A DNA stretch of 64,000 nucleotides. It comes from an uncultured Chloroflexia bacterium. GTDB taxonomy: Bacteria; Chloroflexota; Limnocylindria; Limnocylindrales; CSP1-4. Positions within the stretch are counted from its first letter, which is position 1. Each line of letters begins with the position of its first letter. The stretch spans positions 576,001 to 640,000 of the forward strand of contig CAVVJT010000004.1 in the NCBI GenBank assembly GCA_963748625.1. Reading direction: 5' to 3'. The notes under the pieces are model-generated. The model was not told where the DNA came from. It saw nothing but the letters and a program-made list of their open reading frames with translations, and did not search any database. The position numbers and the translations under genes are program-made. Below, in pieces: positions 30,618 through 40,647 of this stretch.

Positions 30618-30688
30618 CCGGCGGTCGAACCGCCGGCGGGCCGGCTGCCGCGGGACGCTGATCTACGGCGCTGCCGCAGGGCGCTGAG

Positions 30689-33077
30689 CTAGTCGATCGG
30701 CCAGGCGCTCTCGTCCCAACCGCGGATGAGCGCGGGCAGTTGGTCACGCCATGCGGGTCCCGCCGCGGCCACCGCCAGCACGAGACCCTCGCGGATCCCC
30801 TCCTCCGACACGCGGAGGCGGTCCGCCTCGTAGTGCTCGAGGATCGCGTCCACGATGATCGCGCCGGCGGGCAGAATCCTTGCGCGAGCCGGTCTGACCA
30901 GGTGCCGCTCGGCAGCCTCGAGGCTGCGCTCGACGGTGAGCATCGCGAGGGCCACCGTGAGCCGGCGGCGGGTCAGGACCCGGTCGAGCGCCGTGGCCGG
31001 CAAAAGCTTCAACAGGTTGCTTGCCGTCCCGCCGACCGCCACCACGTCGCCCGGATGGGCATCGGGGGCATAGGCCAGGATGCCCTTCACGGTGGACTTG
31101 AGCGACTCGATCTCCGCGAGTGACGGTGGATCGGACCGCACGATGTCCTTGGTCAGACGCGCGGCCCCGAGCGGCAGGCCCGTGGTGGACACCGCGCCAT
31201 CGGGACCCACGACCACGAACTCGGTGCTGCCGCCGCCCACATCCACGACCAGCATCTGGGACCTGATCGGGAGGCCCTTGGTGACGCCGAGGAGCGTCAG
31301 GCGGCCCTCCTCCTCGTGCTCGAGCACGTGGACCGGGACGCCGGCGCGAGCCTCCACCTCGTGGATCGCGATAGCCGCGTCATCGGCGCCGCGGAGCGGG
31401 TCGGTGCCCACCACCGTGACGAAGGCGGCGCCCAGCTGGCGCGCGGCGTGGGCGTAGGCGACGAGCGAGGCGATGAGCTCCTCGCGGGCGGCGTGGCCCA
31501 TGCGGCCGTGTGCCGCCACGCGGTCGCCAAGGCCCAGGAACACGGACTCGTCGAGGATCGGCTCCAGCTTGTGGCCGCCGACGGCCGCCACGAGCAGGTG
31601 CAGGCTGGTGGCGCCCACGTCGATGGCGGCACCGATCACGGCGCCCGGCGGGATCACGATCGGCGGGAGGCCGGACAGGGCCGGCCCGGTGGCGGGTCCT
31701 GCTCCGACGGGCGCGGCCTTGGCGTCGGGAGCGTCGTTAGCGTCAGGAGGCCCGGCCTCGGAGACCTCGGCCTCGGCAGGTGCGTCAAGCGGCGGCACGC
31801 CGACATGGAACGGGCCGAAGGCCTGATCATCGCCGACGGGAGCACCAAGGCTGGCATCCGGCTGCCCATCCGTCGCCGTCCCAGGGTCGAGGCTCGCGAC
31901 CTCCGCAGACTCCTCGCGATCTGCGCTCGCCTCGGACAGCACGGCGCCGACGTGGAACGGGCCGAATGCATCGTCAGCTGCGGGATGCTCGTCGGCCGGC
32001 GCGGGCTCAAGGGTGGGCTCGGGCGCGGGGGCCTCCCCGACCCGGGCGGTCACCCGCTCCACGATGTGCTCGGCCGCAGGCTCCCGGGTCTGGTGCAGGA
32101 GTGCTGCCGCCTCATGCAGCGATGCCGCGACGGCGGCAGCCTGCGCGGGCGTCGGACGCTCGGCCACCTCGTCGTCGAGCGGTCCGAGCTCATCATCGTC
32201 AGCGGCCGACGCTCCGGCTTCAGGGCTGGACTGCGCGTCCACGATTTCGGGTTCCGGGGTCGCGCTCGTCGCCTCAACAGGCGAATCCGTGGACGGTCCG
32301 TCTTCAGTGGACACCGGGGGGGCCCATTCCGGCGCGTCAGACGCCGTCACCAGGGGTTCAAGCGGAGGAATCACGGACTCCGCGTCCACCTCGGGCTCGG
32401 GTTCGGGCTCCGGTTCCGCGGCGGGCTCGGGCTCAGGAGCGGGCTCGGGCTCGGGTCGCGGGTCGGGCTCGGGCTCCGGGCTCCGCGGCGGGCTCGGGCT
32501 CAGGAGCGGGCTCCGGTTCCGCGGCGGGCTCGGGCTCAGGAGCGGGCTCGGTCGGGCGGGCTCGGGCTCGGGCGGGTTCGGGCGGGCTCGGGCTCGGGCT
32601 CAGGAGCGGGCTCCGGGCGGCGGGCTCGGGCTCGGGCTCCGCGGCGGGCTCGGGCTCGGGCTCGGGCTCGGTTCCGCGGCGGGCTCGGGCTCGGGCTCCG
32701 GGCTCGGGCTCGGGCTCCGGAGCGGGCTGGGCGGGCTCGGGCTCGGGCGCAGCGGGCGGCAGCACTGCGGCGCTCGTCGCCGCCTTGCCAGGCTTGGCAG
32801 CGGCCTGCGCGGCCTTCCCGGGCTTGGCAGCGGCCTGCGCGGCCTTGGCCTCCTTCGCGGCCTTCGCAGCCTTGGCGTCAGCCTTCGCGGTAGCCTTGGC
32901 CTCCTTGGCAGCGAGCTTCGCGGCGGCCTTCGCGGCGCTCGCGGCGGCCTTTGCGGCCTTCGCCTCAGCCTTTGCCGCAGCTTTGGCCTGCTTCTTGCCG
33001 ACCTTGCCGCCTTTCCCGGCCTGCGACGCACGCGCACCGTTCGGACTCTTGGTCTCGTCCTCCCCGGCCTTCGCCAT
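30689..33077 (-). CDS. ppx: Ppx/GppA exopolyphosphatase family protein with long low-complexity N-terminus (K/A-rich, PE repeats, acidic); frame broken within the repeat
   Basis: C-terminal AIDVGATS, EEEG, VDVGGGSTE, GGTA, GIREG; frame runs upstream into EPEPEP; ATG at 33077 after GAGGAG. Confidence 0.78.
32390..32750. repeat. Hexanucleotide (CGGGCT) tandem array encoding Pro-Glu repeats
   Basis: Dozens of cgggct units interspersed with ccgcggcg and caggag. Confidence 0.9.
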
Positions 33078-33215
33078 CGCTCGCTCCTCGCGGTCCCGTC
33101 CGGCGCCGGCAGGCGGGCACCGTGATGCCGCAAGTCTGCCGTACGTGGCGGGCGCCCGCGAGGCGTGAGCGTGCGCTTGCGGGCGAGGGCGCGGCACACG
33201 GCCTGGAAAGCGATG

Positions 33216-33632
33216 TCAGCCGAGCGCACCTGCCTCATCGCTGCGGATCCGGTCCGTGAGCGCAACGAGGATCCCGTGGCGGACCGCAGGAAAGCGGTCC
33301 ATCAGGTCGCTGAACGCCTCGCGCCTGATCATTGCCACGCGGACAGGCGTGGCTGCGACCGCGGTGGCGCTCCGGACCTGGCCGTCAACCAGCGCGATCT
33401 CGCCGAGGAACTCACCCGGTCCCAAGTCGCGCACGTGCCCCCCGGCGCGTGAGATCCCGACCCGGCCGTCGAGCACCAGGTAGAAGGCGTCACCCGGATC
33501 GCCCTCGGCCACGAGTACGTGGCACTCCGGGAACTCCTGCTCCTCGACGAGCGACGCCACCGCCTCGAAAGCACGGTCGGTCATCCCCGCGAAGAGCGGA
33601 ACGCGGCGAACCTGGTCGGAGGCGACGGACAT
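33216..33632 (-). CDS. Standalone cyclic nucleotide-binding domain protein
   Basis: VPLFAGM, EGDPGDAFYLVLDG, GEFLGEIAL, RSATAVA. Confidence 0.88.
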   Translation of the reverse strand: MSVASDQVRRVPLFAGMTDRAFEAVASLVEEQEFPECHVLVAEGDPGDAFYLVLDGRVGISRAGGHVRDLGPGEFLGEIALVDGQVRSATAVAATPVRVAMIRREAFSDLMDRFPAVRHGILVALTDRIRSDEAGALG

Positions 33633-33688
33633 CGGGCATGGACCTCGTCATTGGGCGCTTGACTGACACGGGACCGTAGCCGCGCGAT

Positions 33689-33727
33689 GTCAACGTCACG
33701 TCATCGAGTTGAACGCGTTCCGTTAAC
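33689..33727 (+). promoter_or_regulatory. Putative PHO-box-like 11-nt-period repeat between cNMP gene and mgsA
   Basis: GTCAAC 33689, GTCATC 33700, GTTAAC 33722 (multiples of 11); additional GTTCAC at 33789. Confidence 0.45.
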
Positions 33728-33892
33728 GGCTCGCCATGCCCGGGCGGCCAGTGCGGACCGGGCTTGGAGCAGCCGCCGCCAGGACGTTGTTCACGCAGCG
33801 GTGACGTTCGTCCCCGCACCTGCAGGCCTACGATGGGATCGGACGCGGCCTGCCACGGTGGCAACGGCCGGGTCCACACGCTGGGGACCCAC

Positions 33893-34354
33893 ATGAGCGA
33901 GCCCGCGAAGAAGCGCAAGACGATCGGCCTGGTGGCGCACGACAACAAGAAGCCCGACCTCATCGAGTGGGCCCGCTTCAATGCCGGCCTCCTGCGCCGC
34001 CACGACCTGGTTGCCACAGGCACGACGGGCAGCCTCCTGGCTGAGGCCCTCGACATGCCTGTCCGCCGCCTGCACAGCGGCCCGCTTGGTGGTGACCAGC
34101 AGCTGGGCGCCCTGATCGCGGAGGGCGAGGTCGACCTGCTCGTGTTCTTCTGGGACCCGCTGGAGCCGCAGCCGCACGATCCCGATGTGAAGGCGCTCCT
34201 CCGGATCGCCGTGGTCTGGAACGTGCCGGTCGCCTGTGATCTCGCATCGGCGGACTTCATGATCTCGTCGCCGCTGATGGAGAGCCCGACCTATGTCCGC
34301 GCCATGCCGGACTTCTCCGCCCACAACCGCCGGGCGATCGCGGGCGCGCGCTAA
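33893..34354 (+). CDS. mgsA: Methylglyoxal synthase
   Basis: [45 protein letters not shown]. Confidence 0.96.
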   Translation: MSEPAKKRKTIGLVAHDNKKPDLIEWARFNAGLLRRHDLVATGTTGSLLAEALDMPVRRLHSGPLGGDQQLGALIAEGEVDLLVFFWDPLEPQPHDPDVKALLRIAVVWNVPVACDLASADFMISSPLMESPTYVRAMPDFSAHNRRAIAGAR

Positions 34355-34440
34355 CCAAGCACGGCGTGCAGGGATGTCGCCCTGCGTCGACAATCTGACC
34401 GGGCCGGACCCTGCATCTCCGGCCGGGGAACCTGGAGCAC

Positions 34441-34830
34441 ATGGACGACATCGTCCAGGCCGAGTACGAGCGGATCCGCGAGCGCGCCTGGGACCGCGAG
34501 GAGGGCGACGACAACCACGCTGTCCTCGATTCCCTGACGCCCCTGGATCGGGCGGTCTACGTCACTCGCGGGCTCGAGGAGGAGCTGGCGGACGGCGGCT
34601 GGTACCTGGTCTTCGCCAACGAGAACGATGACCTCATCGTGCCGGCGATGGATGCCTACGTGCTGCTGGGCCTGCCGGCGTATGCCCGGCACCTGGCGGA
34701 CGTGATCGCGAGCGGGTACGGGGACGACTCATCCGAGGACGAGGGCGATCGTCTCGACGAGGCCTATCGCGCGCTTTCCGGGGCCGAGGCAGCCCGGCGG
34801 GCGGCCATCGACGCCGACAGGGCGCGCTGA
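34441..34830 (+). CDS. Small acidic protein, DUF4375/DMP19-like
   Basis: ELADGGWYLVFAN and LDEAY resemble the DUF4375 (EVxNGGF..Y.N) pattern; GGAG RBS. Confidence 0.55.
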   Translation: MDDIVQAEYERIRERAWDREEGDDNHAVLDSLTPLDRAVYVTRGLEEELADGGWYLVFANENDDLIVPAMDAYVLLGLPAYARHLADVIASGYGDDSSEDEGDRLDEAYRALSGAEAARRAAIDADRAR

Positions 34831-34884
34831 CCGGCACGGCGCGCTGACCGGCACGAGGGAGGATCTCGCCGGCTGCCGCCGCGA

Positions 34885-35628
34885 TCAGTGCGGTGGATCG
34901 AACCGGTAGCCCACCCTGCGCACGGTGACCAGGTGCACGGCGCGGTCGGGGTCCGGCTCGATCTTCGCGCGCAGCCAGCGCACGTGGACGTCAACCGTGC
35001 GGCTGTCGGCTGCCCGGTCCGGACCCCACACGACCTGCAGCAGCTCCTGACGGGTCATGACGCGCCCCGGGTTCGCAGCCAGGACCGCCAGGAGCGCGTA
35101 CTCCTTCGGCCGCAGATGGACGGGCACTCCCGCGCGCCGCAGCGCATGGGCCTCACGGTCGAGCACGAGGTCCGAGGTGACCTGCAGGCGGCTGCCGAGC
35201 TCGCGGGCGGCCTCGTCACGCGTGTCCAGCCATGCGAGACGGCCGGCCAGCTCGACGGCCGGGACCGTGGTGGCGAGCGCATCGTCGAACCCCAACCCGA
35301 GGGCCTCCAGGCGGCGCGTGACGGCATCGGGGGGTGCGAGGTGGACCGCCCGCATCCCGGCACGGCGGCGGCGGTCCCGCGAGACGACTTCGAGGACGGC
35401 GCGGTCGGCTGGCGGTTCTGCGCAGACCACCACGCGCGGGTGCAGCTCCGCGAGGTACTGCAGGAACAAGGCCGGTTCAGCCACCACGATCACGTCGGCG
35501 TCCTTGGCGACCGCAGGCACCTCCCGTCCGTGGTCGTCGCCGGAGAGGATGAGCCACATGTCGCGCGGGCGAGGTGCAGCGATCGGTAGCGAGGCCGTTG
35601 ACGCCTCGTGAGCGGGCAGGCTGACCAT
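34885..35628 (-). CDS. OmpR/PhoB-family winged-helix regulator with degenerate receiver domain
   Basis: C-terminal LRPKEYALL, SRTVDVHVRWLRAKIE, TVRRVGYRF; receiver lacks canonical Asp and Lys. Confidence 0.82.
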   Translation of the reverse strand: MVSLPAHEASTASLPIAAPRPRDMWLILSGDDHGREVPAVAKDADVIVVAEPALFLQYLAELHPRVVVCAEPPADRAVLEVVSRDRRRRAGMRAVHLAPPDAVTRRLEALGLGFDDALATTVPAVELAGRLAWLDTRDEAARELGSRLQVTSDLVLDREAHALRRAGVPVHLRPKEYALLAVLAANPGRVMTRQELLQVVWGPDRAADSRTVDVHVRWLRAKIEPDPDRAVHLVTVRRVGYRFDPPH

Positions 35629-35650
35629 TGGCGCACTGTCGCGGCGCCCG

Positions 35651-35730
35651 GTCAACGGCTCGTTCGGAACGCGTTAGCACGCTGTAAACGCGGTCACAGG
35701 CCTTGGCCGTTCGCTTACCGAACGTTTACA
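35651..35730 (+). promoter_or_regulatory. PHO-box-like 11-nt direct repeat array upstream of pstS
   Basis: GTCAAC 35651, GTTCGG 35662, GTTAGC 35673, GTAAAC 35684; CTTACC 35714 / TTTACA 35725. Confidence 0.65.
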
Positions 35731-35840
35731 CACCGGGAACGTCGCGTTGACCGGTCCGACTGAAGGTGGGACCCGCAATCGAGACATCAGACGACCCCGC
35801 GGCGCACGGTGCGCCGGTCGTCACCTGGAGGAACCGTCGA

Positions 35841-36902
35841 GTGACGTTCACCACTCCCAAGCGCTTCGTCGGCGTCACCATCGCCGCCGCCGTGCTCGTC
35901 GCCGCGTGCGGCGGCTCAGGCGCAACGACCGCGCCGGCCGCGACCGACGGCGGATCCGCAACCCAGGCGCCGGCCGAGAGCCAGGCTGCCGGGTCCGGAG
36001 TCGAGGGCGAGATCTTCGTCTCCGGCTCGTCCACCGTCGAGCCCATCTCCACGGCCGTCGCGGAGGCCTTCGCGGCCGCAAACGCCGGCTTCGCCTACAC
36101 GGTCGAGGGCCCGGGGACGGGCGACGGCTTCAAGAAGTTCTGCGCCGGCGAGTCCGACATCTCCGACGCTTCCCGCCCGATCAAGGACGAGGAGGCCCAG
36201 GCGTGCGCCGATACGGGCATCGAGTACATCGAGCTCAAGATCGCGTACGACGGCATCTCGATCCTAACCTCGCCTGAGAACACCGCGGTCGCCTGCGTCA
36301 GCTTCGCCGACCTCTACGCCCTCACAGGCCCGGAGAGCACCGGCTTCGCCAAGTGGTCCGACGGCGCCGCGATCGCCGCCGAGCTCGGGTCGTCCACCGT
36401 CCTCCCCGACGCCGATCTCACGATCACCGGCCCCGGCGAGGAGTCCGGCACATACGACACCTACGTCGAGCTCGCCATTGCAAAGATCGCCGAGGCGCGC
36501 GGCCAGGATGCGGTCACCCGGCCCGACTACACCGCCTCGGCCAACGACAATGCGATCATCGACGGCATCGCCGGCTCGCCCACATCCCTGGGCTGGGTGG
36601 GCTTCGCCTTCGCCGAGGAGAACAAGGACACCGTCCAGGAGCTGCAGGTCTCCAAGGACCCGAACGGCACCTGCGTCGCCCCGACCCCCGAGACCATCGG
36701 CGACGGCAGCTATCCGCTCTCACGCTCGCTCTACATCTACGTCAACAAGGCCAAGGCCGCCGAGAACGCAGCCCTTGCCGCCTACGTGGACTACTACCTC
36801 GCCGAGGGCACGATCTCGACAGCGCTCGAAACCGTCCCCTACGTGAACCTCCCGGCCGAGACGCTCGCTGAAACCCGCGCCGCCTGGGACGCCGCCAAGT
36901 AA
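35841..36902 (+). CDS. pstS: Phosphate ABC transporter substrate-binding lipoprotein
   Basis: Lipobox LVAAC, VSGSSTVEP, GTGDGFKKFC, DASRPIK, ESGTYD, YPLSRSLYIY. Confidence 0.93.
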   Translation: MTFTTPKRFVGVTIAAAVLVAACGGSGATTAPAATDGGSATQAPAESQAAGSGVEGEIFVSGSSTVEPISTAVAEAFAAANAGFAYTVEGPGTGDGFKKFCAGESDISDASRPIKDEEAQACADTGIEYIELKIAYDGISILTSPENTAVACVSFADLYALTGPESTGFAKWSDGAAIAAELGSSTVLPDADLTITGPGEESGTYDTYVELAIAKIAEARGQDAVTRPDYTASANDNAIIDGIAGSPTSLGWVGFAFAEENKDTVQELQVSKDPNGTCVAPTPETIGDGSYPLSRSLYIYVNKAKAAENAALAAYVDYYLAEGTISTALETVPYVNLPAETLAETRAAWDAAK

Positions 36903-36915
36903 CCTCCTCCTCCTC

Positions 36916-36956
36916 CACGAATGGGCCGGGTCGTCCACGACCCCGGCCCATTCGTG
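36916..36956. terminator. Strong stem-loop after pstS (terminator or mRNA-stabilising hairpin)
   Basis: cacgaatgggccggg ... cccggcccattcgtg, perfect 15-bp stem. Confidence 0.7.
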
Positions 36957-36997
36957 CGTCTCCGATCCACCCGCCACACCACAGGAGCAGTCAGCCC

Positions 36998-37927
36998 ATG
37001 GCCCAAGCCACACCAGCGCTGCCGGAAGGCGTCTCGCTGCGAGGCAGTGCGCGGCGGCGACGCCGCGAGTCCACCGTCCGCGGGCTGTTCCTCGCCGCCT
37101 CCCTGGCGACCATCCTGATCAGTCTGCTGATCATCGTGACCGTCTTCTTCCAGGCGATCTCGTTCCTCGGCCAGATCGAGCTGTCCCAGCTCTTCGGCAT
37201 CGGCTGGTTCCCGAGGCGCGGCATCTTCGACGTCAGCACCATCGTGATCGGCACCCTCATGGTCACCGGCATCGCGATGGTGATCGCCACACCCATCGGC
37301 CTTGCCTCCGCCATCTACCTCGCCGAGTACGCCTCGCCCCGCGTGCGACGGTTCATCAAGCCTGTGCTCGAGGTGCTCGCCGGCATCCCCAGCGTGGTGC
37401 TCGGCTTCTTCGCCCTGACCTTCCTCACGCCGACCCTGATCCAGCCCGTGCTGCCGGGAGCCAAGTCCTTCAACCTCCTGGCGGCCGGCATCGGCGTGGG
37501 CATCCTCTCGATCCCGCTGGTCGCCTCCGTGTCCGAGGATGCCATGCGGGCCGTGCCCCGCAACCTGCGCGAGGCCTCGTACGGCCTGGGCGCACGCCAG
37601 ATGACGACGGCCATCAAGGTGGTGATCCCCGCGGCCGTCTCGGGCATCGTGGCGGCCCTGATCCTCGCCACGAGCCGCGCGATCGGCGAGACCATGATCG
37701 TGGCGGTCGCGGCAGGCGCACCGCAGGCGCGGACGTTCAACCCGCTCGATCCGGGCGGGACGATGACGTCGGCGATGGTCCTCCTGGCCACCGGCTCGGA
37801 CCAGGTCACGGGCAACACCGCGGCCTTCCAGAGCCTGTTCTTCGTCGGGCTCCTCCTGTTCCTGATCACCCTGGTGCTGAACGTCGCGGGCGACGCGTTC
37901 GTCCGCCGCGCGCGGCAGCGCTACTAG
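36998..37927 (+). CDS. pstC: Phosphate ABC transporter permease PstC
   Basis: AIYLAEYA, LAGIPSVVLG, SEDAMRAVP, SRAIGETM. Confidence 0.95.
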   Translation: MAQATPALPEGVSLRGSARRRRRESTVRGLFLAASLATILISLLIIVTVFFQAISFLGQIELSQLFGIGWFPRRGIFDVSTIVIGTLMVTGIAMVIATPIGLASAIYLAEYASPRVRRFIKPVLEVLAGIPSVVLGFFALTFLTPTLIQPVLPGAKSFNLLAAGIGVGILSIPLVASVSEDAMRAVPRNLREASYGLGARQMTTAIKVVIPAAVSGIVAALILATSRAIGETMIVAVAAGAPQARTFNPLDPGGTMTSAMVLLATGSDQVTGNTAAFQSLFFVGLLLFLITLVLNVAGDAFVRRARQRY

Positions 37928-37935
37928 GAGGCCGC

Positions 37936-38874
37936 ATGTCCACCATCGGATCCTCCGCATCCGCGACGGCCGCGACCGTCCGCGCCCAGCTGGTCACCGG
38001 GCGCAAGGACTACAAGGGCACGATCTTCCTGGTCCTGCTCCTGGGCAGCCTGCTCCTGTCGCTCGCGATCCTGTTCGTGCTCCTGGCAGACGTCCTGAGC
38101 AAGGCGCTACCGGTCTACGCGGACCGGGGCATCGGCTTCCTCACCTCGCCACTCTCCTCGAACCCGGGCAAGGCCGGCATCGTGCAGGGCCTGGTGGGTA
38201 CGGCGCTGCTGGGCCTCGTCGTCGCGCTCGTGGCCTTCCCGTCCGGCCTGGCCACCGCGATCTACCTGGAGGAGTACGCGCCTGACAACAAGATCACGCG
38301 GTTCATCCAGATCAACATCCGCAACCTCGCCGGCGTGCCGTCGGTCGTGTACGGCCTGCTGGGCCTGTCGGTGTTCGTGGCGCTGCTCAACACGCTCGAT
38401 CCCGACGGCAACGGCCGCAACATCATCGCGGGCGGCATCACCCTCGCGGTGCTGGTCCTCCCGATCGTGATCATCACCTCGATCGAGGCACTGCGGGCCG
38501 TGCCCAACACGATCCGCGAGGCGGGTTACGGCGTTGGTGCCTCGCGCTGGGAGGTCACCCGCCAGCTGGTGGTGCCGTCGGCAGCTCCGGGCATCCTGAC
38601 CGGCACGGTGCTCGCGCTCTCGCGCGCCCTTGGTGAGACTGCTCCGCTGATCCTCGCGGGCGCCGTCCTGGGCTCGTTCTCCGGCCTGTCGCTGGGAACC
38701 CTGTTCACCGGCAGCTACACGGCCCTGCCGGTCATCATCTACGACTGGTCGCGCAAGCCCCAGGACGCGTTCCGCGCCGACGCCGCCGCCGCCATCGTGG
38801 CCCTGCTCGTCATCACCCTCGCCGCCAACATCATCGCCATCCTCCTGCGCAGCCGCTACGAGAAGAGCTGGTGA
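37936..38874 (+). CDS. pstA: Phosphate ABC transporter permease PstA
   Basis: [36 protein letters not shown]. Confidence 0.95.
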   Translation: MSTIGSSASATAATVRAQLVTGRKDYKGTIFLVLLLGSLLLSLAILFVLLADVLSKALPVYADRGIGFLTSPLSSNPGKAGIVQGLVGTALLGLVVALVAFPSGLATAIYLEEYAPDNKITRFIQINIRNLAGVPSVVYGLLGLSVFVALLNTLDPDGNGRNIIAGGITLAVLVLPIVIITSIEALRAVPNTIREAGYGVGASRWEVTRQLVVPSAAPGILTGTVLALSRALGETAPLILAGAVLGSFSGLSLGTLFTGSYTALPVIIYDWSRKPQDAFRADAAAAIVALLVITLAANIIAILLRSRYEKSW

Positions 38875-39764
38875 TGAGCGAGCCCACCGGAGATCCCATG
38901 CTGCAGACCCCCACCCCCGAGCGCACCCGCGACGAGGATGCGGCACGCGCCACCACCCTGCCGATCCACCTCGCGGGGTCCGACACCGGCTACGTCCGCA
39001 ACGACAGCGTCATCGAGATTGCTGACCTGGACTTCCACTACGGCAAGTTCCGCGCCGTTAAGGGGGTCAACCTCCAGGTCGAGGCCCAGAAGATCACGGC
39101 GCTGATCGGCCCGTCCGGCTGTGGCAAGTCCACCTTGCTGCGGACGATCAACCGCATGAACGACCTGATCGATGGCACCCGGGTCGACGGCAAGGTCCTC
39201 TACCACGGGGTGGACCTGTACGACCGGGAGGTGGACGCGGTGGAGGTCCGCCGGCGCATCGGCATGGTCTTCCAGAAGGCCAACCCGTTCCCCAAGTCGA
39301 TCTATGACAACATCGCCTTCGGACCCCGCCTCAACGGCTACAAGGGCAACATGGACGAGCTGGTCGAGTCGAGCTTGCGTCGTGCCGCCCTCTGGGACGA
39401 CGTGAAGGACAAGCTCAAGCAGTCCGGCCTGGCGCTCTCGGGCGGCCAGCAGCAGCGGCTGTGCATCGCCCGCGCCATCGCGACGAGTCCGGATGTCATC
39501 CTGATGGACGAGCCGTGCTCCGCCCTCGATCCGCGCTCGACGCTGCAGATCGAGGAGCTCATGTTCGAGCTCAAGGAGCAGTACACGATCATCATCGTCA
39601 CCCACAACATGCAGCAGGCGGCGCGCGCCTCGGACTACACCGTGTTCCTGAACATGGCCGATGATCGGGCCGGCTACGTCGTCGAGGAAGGCCCGACGAT
39701 GCAGATCTTCACCAACCCCAAGAACAAGCTGACCGAGGACTACGTCTCGGGCCGGTTCGGCTGA
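38874..39764 (+). CDS. pstB: Phosphate ABC transporter ATP-binding protein
   Basis: [37 protein letters not shown]; start uncertain (38871/38874/38898). Confidence 0.96.
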   Translation: MSEPTGDPMLQTPTPERTRDEDAARATTLPIHLAGSDTGYVRNDSVIEIADLDFHYGKFRAVKGVNLQVEAQKITALIGPSGCGKSTLLRTINRMNDLIDGTRVDGKVLYHGVDLYDREVDAVEVRRRIGMVFQKANPFPKSIYDNIAFGPRLNGYKGNMDELVESSLRRAALWDDVKDKLKQSGLALSGGQQQRLCIARAIATSPDVILMDEPCSALDPRSTLQIEELMFELKEQYTIIIVTHNMQQAARASDYTVFLNMADDRAGYVVEEGPTMQIFTNPKNKLTEDYVSGRFG

Positions 39765-39780
39765 CACACGGAGGATCGAC

Positions 39781-40554
39781 ATGGACGACCAGCACACCTC
39801 CGGGCCGCATGTGGCCGACGCCTTCGGCGGCAGCTTCGACGATCTGTCGCCGGCGCAGCCGATCGAGGTGCCCGGCCCCGGCTTCCCCCCGACGCATCAC
39901 ATCCGCAGCACCTACGACCGCGAGATCGTCGAGATCAAGGACAACGTCCTGCGGATGGGCTCGCTCGTTGAGGCGCAGATCCACGCAGCGATCGACGCCC
40001 TGGTCGCGCACGACGCCGAAGCCGCCCTGAAGGTCATCATCGATGACCGGATGATCAACGAGCTGCAGCGCAAGGCGACGGCCATGATCGCCGCGGTCAT
40101 CGCGACCCAGAACCCGGTCGCCCGCGACCTGCGGTACCTGCTCACGCTCGATCACGTCAGCTACGAGCTGGAGCGGATGGGCGACCACGCTGGCTCCGTG
40201 GCCAAGCAGGCCCGGAAGCTGGCACCCTACGCGCCGCTCAAGGACTACGTCCTGCTCCCCCAGCTCGGTGAGCGTGTTGCCGACCTGGTCGCCGGCATCG
40301 TGCGGGCGCTGGTGGACGTGGACCAGGACGAGGCACGCCGGGTGGCCGCGCTGGACGACGAGGTGGACGACCTCTACCACCGCATCTTCGACGATGTGCT
40401 CGTGCTCATGCGCGAGGATCCGGCCAACGTGGACGCCGGTGCGCGCATCCTGTTCGCCTCGCACTATCTCGAGCGGATCGGCGACCGCGTGACCAACGTG
40501 GCCGAGGACATCGTCTTCCTGGCGTCCGGCGAGGTCGAGGACCTCAATCCCTGA
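39781..40554 (+). CDS. phoU: Phosphate signalling complex protein PhoU
   Basis: QNPVARDLR, LERMGDHA, DDEVD, LERIGDRVTNVAE. Confidence 0.95.
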   Translation: MDDQHTSGPHVADAFGGSFDDLSPAQPIEVPGPGFPPTHHIRSTYDREIVEIKDNVLRMGSLVEAQIHAAIDALVAHDAEAALKVIIDDRMINELQRKATAMIAAVIATQNPVARDLRYLLTLDHVSYELERMGDHAGSVAKQARKLAPYAPLKDYVLLPQLGERVADLVAGIVRALVDVDQDEARRVAALDDEVDDLYHRIFDDVLVLMREDPANVDAGARILFASHYLERIGDRVTNVAEDIVFLASGEVEDLNP

Positions 40555-40647
40555 CGCGACGTGGTGCGGGCGCCGTGCGAGAATCGCGGCGTCCGGACCG
40601 GATCCCGCGAACAGATGGGATCCCGTGAACCTGAAAGGCGGCAGCCC

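Noticed and set aside
31780-33168. Gly-Ser (silk-like) repeat proteins on the plus strand
   Set aside because: They are the reverse-complement reading of the Pro-Glu and Lys-Ala repeats of the ppx gene
34821-34856. ggcgcgctgaccggcacg duplication at the DUF4375-like gene stop
   Set aside because: A short stop-codon-adjacent duplication like several others in the window, with no evidence of function or of an insertion target site
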